Below are positions 35,429-42,499 of a DNA stretch of 42,499 bases, piece by piece. Both the position numbers and the translations under genes were made by a program. The stretch's first letter is position 1, and each line of letters begins with the position of its first letter. The notes under the pieces were generated by a model. The model had not been told where the DNA came from. It searched no databases and was given only the letters and a program-made list of their open reading frames with translations. The stretch comes from Nemertoderma westbladi (Eukaryota > Animalia > Xenacoelomorpha), in the NCBI GenBank assembly GCA_032718475.1, contig JAUCBJ010002521.1, forward strand, positions 1 through 42,499. The letters are read 5' to 3'.

Positions 35429-35937
35429 TGTAGATGTTGTTAAGTTTGTCCCAGAAATTTTTGCTCTTGATATTTCGTCCTGGAATTGCTCTATGGCACA
35501 TATTTATATGAACGATTGAACTATGGTATACAGACATGATAAAAAACATGTTCAAGCAGTTTGAATTGTATTGATAAAGAATTTCAACTCTCCTTTATGA
35601 ATATCAATGAGATATTTTACTGGGTCGGATAACATTTTGTAATTATATTAATCTCAATTGGATCAAAGGTTTCTTTACATAATTGTATCAATGTTGAATT
35701 AATTTGGGAAGAATAAACAGATGAGACGTGTTAATGCTTAGTAAAAGGTAATTAATCCTACTAAATATAAGTGGTTATGTATAATAATGCGTATGAACGC
35801 ATTTTTATTCAATATAATAAGCCTATTTCCGTAAGTTTGAAGTGCTAGTAATGGTCATAAGATAGAAAATAAACAATAAGTTATTAAGGCGCCGCTTTGG
35901 ATAACTGCTTATCTTGAGAAAACACAGTGAAAAATAT

Positions 35938-36041
35938 TTTCTTAAAATTTACAATAGGCTTAGGTTTCTATACAGAAATTAAAGTAGGTTTCTTAAAATT
36001 TACAATAGGCTTAGGTTTCTATACAGAAATTAAAGTAGGTT
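35938..36041. repeat. Perfect tandem duplication, 2 x 51 bp
   Basis: CTTAAAATTTACAATAGGCTTAGG...AAAGTAGGTT starts at 35941 and 35992. Confidence 0.95.
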
Positions 36042-36399
36042 AAACACCGTCTCTCGCAAGTTTCTTTGCCTTCTTCCATTCAGTGTGACATAGATTATGC
36101 TTGCTCTTCTTGGTATGAAGGCTTAACCAAACAGTTTAAACGTAAATTATTACGATTTGCTCAAAAAACAGTAGTTAAGACTACAAACCTAGGCCCCATC
36201 TAACTCAAGATGATTCTTCTGAATCGGGACTACTTTGTTTAGATAGTATAGTTAAACAGCTACACCTTGAAAATCATGTTCAGAGTACGTGATACACACT
36301 CTTACAGTTACCGAACTAGTACTTCAATCTTTTACCTCGCTTAGATGGTCTCTATTGTGACAATCTCGGTAAAGTTGTACATAGTAGAATTACGTTTTA

Positions 36400-36510
36400 T
36401 ATTAGTTTTAGGTTAGTGTGTGATTTTGTGTAATACTGTTTTACGCTTATTAGGGGTAATCCTATATATTTCATTGGACAATACCAATATATTCTTTGGT
36501 GGATTGATAT
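36400..36510 (+). promoter_or_regulatory. Putative proximal promoter of receptor C
   Basis: GGGGTAATCC (36453-36462) directly followed by TATATA, about 90 bp before the ATG; conserved with the inverted copy near 13.5 kb. Confidence 0.5.
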
Positions 36511-36549
36511 CTAGAGTTAGGCAATATTTTAGCAATACGAAAATAAAAC

Positions 36550-38796
36550 ATGTATTGTATACAAGTTGTAGTCATATTTGGCTTATTGGTAAGTAACTCT
36601 ATTGCTATAGACTTGTTTGAATACAACGTGGAAGGGGATGGCATGATGAAGAGAGGTAATACAGAGCTAAAAAATAAAAAAAGGGTTATTGCTCAAATTT
36701 CGCAATATTATGTAGCAGTAAATCTCGTTGGGGAGAATGTGTGTCAGGAGATGGTACCGACACAGGTTTGGGAGACAGTAACTTTCAAGGCTAGTCGGTT
36801 GGAATATTACACACCAGACTGTAGCACATGGTGTGAGGTTTGGAGTTGTTGCGATGGTCCAAAACAGAGAGTCGTTTACTACATGGATTCTAGACAGGAA
36901 TCACATCTCGAAAATATCTTGACAGATGTGTGTTGTGATGGTTGGGAAATGATAGATGACCAATGTACGATTCCTGTTTGTGAGGGTGACAATGCATGTG
37001 CCAGTGGAATCTGCGTGAATCCAAATGAATGCGACTGCAATGCGGGATTCTTAGGTGATACTTGCAATGATAAATGTGCCCCTGGTTCCTTTGGTGATGA
37101 GTGTCTACAGAAATGCGATTGTGATAATTATGCACCATGCGATAATGTGAATGGTGATTGTCAATGTTTACCGGGTTTCCATGGAGAACGTTGTGAAGAC
37201 AGGTGCCCCTATTGGTGGTTTGGTCCCCACTGCCTCGAGGAGTGTAATTGTGTTCAAAACAATACTGACACATGCACTCCAACATATGGAATATGCCTTT
37301 GCCTTCATGATTATACTGGTGATACTTGTGATGAGCTATGTGACAACTGCACAATCTCGTGCCATTGCATCGAATCCGGAACCGAGGAGTGTGATAATAC
37401 TACTGGTGAATGCTACTGCAAACCAGGATTTAACGGAATTCATTGTGGGGAATATTGTCCACAAGGAACTTTTGGCTATGGTTGTGGTGGACAATGTAAT
37501 TGCAACAATGGTGGACAATGTGATATATTTAGTGGTAACTGTTCTTGCACAACTGGATGGCAAGGCAATAGTTGTTCAACACCATGTGATTTGGGATTCT
37601 TTGGAAATAATTGCCAAGAAATTTGCACCTGCAACACCAATACTTCTCAATGCAACCATGTTACTGGAGAATGTGAATGTTTAGCAGGCTGGATGGGCGA
37701 CCAATGTGATGAAGAATTCCCCCATATGTTTCATGGACCCAACTGTAAACTGGAATGCGAATGCAAAGATAATGGAAAATTTTGTGATCCTGCAACTGGA
37801 ATATGTGAATGTAAAGAAGGTTGGCAGGGAGTTACTTGTAATGATAACTGCCCTCAAGGTCTGTTTGGTGATGGCTGCATGTATCAATGCCAATGTAATA
37901 ATGGTGCCTACTGTTCACCTTACGATGGATCATGCAATTGTACATCAGGATGGGTTGGTGATAACTGTGATCTAAAGTGTCCAAATGGATATTTTGGTAG
38001 TGAGTGTATGGAAGAATGCGACTGTCCTGAGAACATTACATGTCATCACATCACTGGAGAATGCCAATGTGGACCTGGTGTTTATGGGAATGATTGCAAT
38101 ACTACCTGTGAATTTCTATATTTTGGTGATAATTGTGCACGCAATTGTGAATGTCACCCGAATAACACAAGGATGTGTCATCCTCACCATGGGGAATGTT
38201 CCTGCAATCCGGGATATAGAGGTTTGCATTGCAAGGAAAAGTGCTCAGCTTTCAGTTTCGGCGAAGAATGTGCTAATCGATGTTTGTGCACCGATGAACA
38301 AACAAAAGAATGTGACAATATCGATGGAAAATGCTCGTGTAACGATGGTTACATTGGAAAATTATGTGAACATCGTTGCCCAAAAGGAAAATTCGGTAAT
38401 AAATGTATCCATGATTGCGCCTGCGAAAATAATGCTGTCTGTGATCACAAGAACGGGCAATGCCAATGCATTGAAGGATTTCTTGGTATAACTTGTGCCG
38501 AATACCTTCATGGTGCCAACACCGTTGCCATAACAACAGGGGTAGTTATACTGATAGTGGTATTGTTTATTGTGGCCATGTTTGGAACATTGTGGTATAT
38601 GAAAAGAAGAAATATTCAAGCACCTAAGATGGTTTTTTCTAAAAGTGATTCTTTAGCTAAAGATATGGAAATAGAGTATGATGAAGACAAGGGAGGTTTA
38701 GGAGTTGAAAATCCGTCTTATGACTGTAGAGCAAATTTTTCTCAAAATAATGGTGTTGCATATAACAAAACCACTGAGGGTGTAATTATGCAATAG
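36550..38796 (+). CDS. Draper/CED-1/MEGF10-like EMI-EGF receptor, paralogue C (748 aa, single ORF)
   Basis: Same architecture; more divergent signal/pro-segment and tail (NPSY); Cys-to-Phe change at 37717-37719. Confidence 0.92.
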   Translation: MYCIQVVVIFGLLVSNSIAIDLFEYNVEGDGMMKRGNTELKNKKRVIAQISQYYVAVNLVGENVCQEMVPTQVWETVTFKASRLEYYTPDCSTWCEVWSCCDGPKQRVVYYMDSRQESHLENILTDVCCDGWEMIDDQCTIPVCEGDNACASGICVNPNECDCNAGFLGDTCNDKCAPGSFGDECLQKCDCDNYAPCDNVNGDCQCLPGFHGERCEDRCPYWWFGPHCLEECNCVQNNTDTCTPTYGICLCLHDYTGDTCDELCDNCTISCHCIESGTEECDNTTGECYCKPGFNGIHCGEYCPQGTFGYGCGGQCNCNNGGQCDIFSGNCSCTTGWQGNSCSTPCDLGFFGNNCQEICTCNTNTSQCNHVTGECECLAGWMGDQCDEEFPHMFHGPNCKLECECKDNGKFCDPATGICECKEGWQGVTCNDNCPQGLFGDGCMYQCQCNNGAYCSPYDGSCNCTSGWVGDNCDLKCPNGYFGSECMEECDCPENITCHHITGECQCGPGVYGNDCNTTCEFLYFGDNCARNCECHPNNTRMCHPHHGECSCNPGYRGLHCKEKCSAFSFGEECANRCLCTDEQTKECDNIDGKCSCNDGYIGKLCEHRCPKGKFGNKCIHDCACENNAVCDHKNGQCQCIEGFLGITCAEYLHGANTVAITTGVVILIVVLFIVAMFGTLWYMKRRNIQAPKMVFSKSDSLAKDMEIEYDEDKGGLGVENPSYDCRANFSQNNGVAYNKTTEGVIMQ

Positions 38797-39114
38797 AAAA
38801 TAACTTTTTGTAAAATATGAGTAATTATCTTCTTCTTCTGTGATTGAAACATATTTTCCATATTGGTCTTAGTGACAAGAATTCATTCATTTGTTAGAAA
38901 TTTTGCGCAGTTAGCACCTGGAATCATCTGACTTATCAGTTTATTTATTATTAATCAATGTATAATTATTAATATAAATAAAACATCAAAATGGAAATTA
39001 ATACAGTTTCACTATTGGTATTTCTAATGAACAATGCACACTATTAAATCACCTGGGGATGAATTTGTCTGAGGTCTTTAGATACCGGGGTAATCTGGTC
39101 CTCGTGGGGAAAGC

Positions 39115-39340
39115 AATCACCTGCAAAGCGGAGGCGGCTTTGTTCAAGTGTCAAATTTTGGTGGAACCAATGAGACACCTATAATGTTATATAGTGTCTG
39201 ATAGGAGATGTGTGTAATGTACTTGACACAGTGAACCCGACGTTGCATTCTTGTGAATGTGCCTTCCAGTGATTTGGTATCCTCTGCAGTTAGAGCCCAG
39301 CATAGAGTCCCATAAAGAAGTACTGGTACTACTGCTGCTA
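39115..39340 (-). mobile_element. RTE LINE internal fragment
   Basis: The reverse complement matches about 12550-12790 (AAVVPVLLYG...RLRFAG region). Confidence 0.85.
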
Positions 39341-39669
39341 TAATCTTAGGTGGATGTGTAGTAAATTACTAGCGCTAGCTACCATACTACTCTCCTACCA
39401 CTTACTATATAATACTAACTCTCTTTACACTACACTTCGCAACCCTAAAGTAAAGCAACTTTTTATCAGTTTTATTTATCGATAATTATTTAACCAGTAA
39501 TTATTTTAATGAAAATATTGTTATTAAGAAGCTCTTAGCTTCTTTCCTGTCTCAATTTTTCCGCAGATTTTTGGACATGATGGTGATGGTGAAAAAAAAC
39601 ATGTTCTGGCATTTAGCTCCTTGATTGATTGGCTAGAGCTACAATAACATGTATAAGCCTACTATAATA

Positions 39670-39835
39670 CTGTACTACTACAATAATATACTATTAGTTG
39701 GCATACTGGGAAGAGCTATTCAGCTGGCGGGATAATACATTACAAACTTGTGTAGGTCTAGTATACTACAATACTAGACTATTAGTATCGCACTGGGAAG
39801 AGCTATTCAGCTGGCGGGATAATACAATACAAACT
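39670..39835. repeat. Local duplication, period 87 bp, with a near-identical 44-bp core
   Basis: ACTGGGAAGAGCTATTCAGCTGGCGGGATAATACA.TACAAACT at 39705 and 39792. Confidence 0.85.
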
Positions 39836-39899
39836 AACAGTTGATATTTGATTACTTGTTTGGGATAGAGTGAGAGTGTAATAAACTTGGCAGCAAGTA

Positions 39900-40260
39900 T
39901 TATACTTCTCTGCAATTTGGGCCTATCCATTCAATCAATAGTAGTAGCTTACTAGGCTCCCATGAGCACCAGCAACTGCTGTTTCTATCATCTGAATCTG
40001 CATCACCAATTAGCAACAGTTAACACAAGACAACAGACAACAATGAAATCAACAAAAGACAACAGTCAGAAATGTCTGCCTCTCTATATTGCCAAGTCTT
40101 CAGAATGTGCTCCATGGCCAAACACATTTATGGAACACATTCTGGTTCGGTTCCCACCTAACACGTTCTCTCGATGTGAGGCCGAATGCTTGCTATTCAA
40201 TTGAATTCCATTGTATAATTTTGTAGCAATCGAGATCAACGACAATCTACGAAAAATTCG
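39900..40260 (-). mobile_element. Old RTE-like RT fragment
   Basis: RRLSLISIATKLYNGIQLN parallels RGISLISIAAKLYNRILLN of the RTE ORF. Confidence 0.65.
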
Positions 40261-40753
40261 AAGCTTTGGGTTGGCCTTTTTTTTGAACACACACAAACTT
40301 GTTTGTTCTTAATTCTTCTATGTATCTCTATGTTCTATGCATATCAAAGAATTACCTTAGCCAACAGTACGATTATAATCACTGGGAAAAAGGGGCGAAA
40401 TGTAAATCCAGTGCAGTCTTGTTCAGCTCCTTTATTTCTTATGAAACAAAACAAATGGTCTATATGTTAATAGTAGTACTTGGTAATATTAAACTTGGCA
40501 CTCAATACCAATATTTTGTTATAGTTTGCTATGGCTTGAATCTCTAATTATTTAACTAACCCAGGCCTGATTAGTATCTTATTAGATTTTACATATCATT
40601 GCTATAACGAGTACCAATATTCTAAATTAAACATTTATGTTCTCTCAATGTTCAAATATTCCAAGATGCAAACATTAATTAGCAATTAGGAACTTTTCTG
40701 AAATTTTTTATATCAATACTGCAATACCACTAATATATGTTTTACATGCCAGT

Positions 40754-42259
40754 ATGGATACAATCATGATTACATTAACCGCTGCGGTGACAATGATATC
40801 AACTTATATAGGATACTGTCTTTATTCGAAATTTTTTTCTGACGGAGACCTACCATTGGCCCATGGTGGATGGCCATTTATAGGGAGTTGGTTCCAACTC
40901 AATAGACCACACCACGTTGTCGGACGATTTCATCTAGAAGTCTTCAAAAAGATTAAAATTCCACTAGCTAAATATCGAATGATGGGGAAGACGTTAATTT
41001 TTCCTATTGGTATTAATGTTATTAAAGATATATGCGTCAGGCAAAGCGCACTCTTCCAAAATAAGTTGCCAGATAATCATATTCTTATTAAAATATGCAA
41101 AAACAAAGGGGTACTTATAAACAACGGAAAGTATTGGTTTGCACACAGAAAGATTTGCGTTTCTATGATGAGATATTTCGGTTTGGGGAAAAGAAACTTC
41201 CAGGAAGCAATATCAGATGAAGCGAAAGTTCTTTGTTTGTGCATAGAGAATCAGCTTAACAAACCTTTTAAGCCCCAAAGTTTTATTAATGTGTCAATTG
41301 CTAATGTTATCTGCTGCGTTGTGTTTGGAACCCGGTTCAGTTACGAAGATGCATTCTTTTATAGACTAAATTTCTTGCTCAAACGGATAGTTGATGACGG
41401 ACAGTTCAATTTGCCAACAATTTTCTACAAGATTTTGCAACATTTACCAGGAACATATATTAGCGAATACATGAAGATCACTAGTGAACTTTACTCGCTT
41501 ATAGGTGATAAAGTTACTGAACATAAAATGGAACTAGAAGGAGAAAATGATGATCCTAAAGACTTCATAGATTACCTTCTTGGTGCTCAGAAGAAGGAAC
41601 TTAGAGAAACACAAAGATCAGATGTTTTCGACGATTTCGGAATTACTTCAATCATAATTGATATGTTTGGTGCTGGCACTGAAACCACCTCGAAAGCATT
41701 ACATTGGCTGATACTAGCGCTAACAAAACATCCTGACTTTCAGAGGAAAATCCAAGATTTGCTTGATCAACAAGTTGGAAGAGATCGTTATCCGACATTA
41801 GAAGATGTTGAGAATATCCAATTTCTAACGGCTTGTATTTTAGAGGCATTGCGTGTTGGCACTGTGGTCCCACTAACCGGTAGGTCTGCTGATAAAGATA
41901 CAAAGGTTTGTGGATTCAATATAACTAAATCTACGCTACTGTTGATTAATATATGGGCTTTGAATCATAATCCAGATTTATGGATGAGCCATGAGGAATT
42001 CAACCCAAGCAACTTCCTGAATGACAACGAGGAATTGCATATTCCTGACCATTTTATCCCGTTTGGTCTGGGAGCTCGGTCTTGCTTAGGAGAGCGCATG
42101 GCTCTCATGGAATTAAAAATTTTCTCCGCATACCTGTTTCACCAATTCAACTTTGAACAAGTTGAGGGAGAAATTCTACCATCATTAAGAGAAAGTCGAG
42201 GTGATTTCTTAACCCTTGAACCGATGGAGTACAAGATACAGGCAGTAAAAAGAAATTAG
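40754..42259 (+). CDS. Cytochrome P450, clan 2 (CYP2-like), 501 aa, single ORF
   Basis: N-terminal anchor; WPFIG; WxxxR (WFAHR); I-helix AGTETT; ExxR (EALR); FNPSNF; haem motif FGLGARSCLG; NVICCVVFGTRF typical of clan 2. Confidence 0.95.
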   Translation: MDTIMITLTAAVTMISTYIGYCLYSKFFSDGDLPLAHGGWPFIGSWFQLNRPHHVVGRFHLEVFKKIKIPLAKYRMMGKTLIFPIGINVIKDICVRQSALFQNKLPDNHILIKICKNKGVLINNGKYWFAHRKICVSMMRYFGLGKRNFQEAISDEAKVLCLCIENQLNKPFKPQSFINVSIANVICCVVFGTRFSYEDAFFYRLNFLLKRIVDDGQFNLPTIFYKILQHLPGTYISEYMKITSELYSLIGDKVTEHKMELEGENDDPKDFIDYLLGAQKKELRETQRSDVFDDFGITSIIIDMFGAGTETTSKALHWLILALTKHPDFQRKIQDLLDQQVGRDRYPTLEDVENIQFLTACILEALRVGTVVPLTGRSADKDTKVCGFNITKSTLLLINIWALNHNPDLWMSHEEFNPSNFLNDNEELHIPDHFIPFGLGARSCLGERMALMELKIFSAYLFHQFNFEQVEGEILPSLRESRGDFLTLEPMEYKIQAVKRN

Positions 42260-42347
42260 TTTCACATACGTCATGAATAGGGAAGGGATCATCGAACTGA
42301 ATATCCGATTGCCATTTTCGTGAATAAAAAAACAGATTAATTAACTC

Positions 42348-42499
42348 ATAGGCGTCACTGCGGGGCGGGGCGGGGGGTGGGGGGGGGGGGTCCTGGGGGG
42401 ATTGGGCGATATTCGTGAACAATATCGAGAGTAAAAATATCGAGAGTGAAATTATCGAGTGTTGATAAAAATCGCGATTAACAATTTTTTATTTTTTTT
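42348..42499. repeat. Start of a repeat element: G-rich head plus ~15-bp minisatellite related to 27117-27350
   Basis: CATAGGCG then G-runs, then AATATCGAGAGTAAAAATATCGAGAGTG..., a reverse-complement relative of the 27.1-kb unit. Confidence 0.5.

Noticed and set aside
41998-42020. P450 PERF motif reads PSNF (Arg lost)
   Set aside because: Clan-2 P450s commonly vary here (PENF, PGHF); the other catalytic motifs are intact.

Overview
AT-rich metazoan genomic DNA. Four intact host ORFs, all on the + strand and apparently intronless, sit in a dense nest of transposon relics. Three are paralogous Draper/CED-1/MEGF10-type receptors (15555, 27781, 36550), each with signal peptide, KR-terminated pro-segment, EMI domain, NIM repeat, 11 EGF repeats, TM helix and NPxY tail. 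The fourth is a clan-2 cytochrome P450 (40754). The most notable signal is that the three receptor genes are patchworks of one another: near-identity switches tract by tract between pairs (A=C, A=B, B=C) inside the EGF-coding region, while the EMI loop tip, termini and most flanking DNA are diverged. This pattern suggests gene-conversion shuffling of a phagocytic/recognition receptor cluster. An inverted copy of receptor C's promoter near 13.5 kb may mark a destroyed fourth paralogue. Mobile DNA includes a decayed Ty3/gypsy element, a TSD-flanked RTE LINE with a highly structured 5' UTR plus several RTE fragments, RTE-X-like and CR1-like LINE relics, a tRNA-derived SINE, a piggyBac-type MITE, two long foldback MITEs, a hAT transposase relic, and an inverted Penelope-type terminal repeat with variant hammerhead cores. 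Family assignments come from motif recognition by eye; no searches were run.
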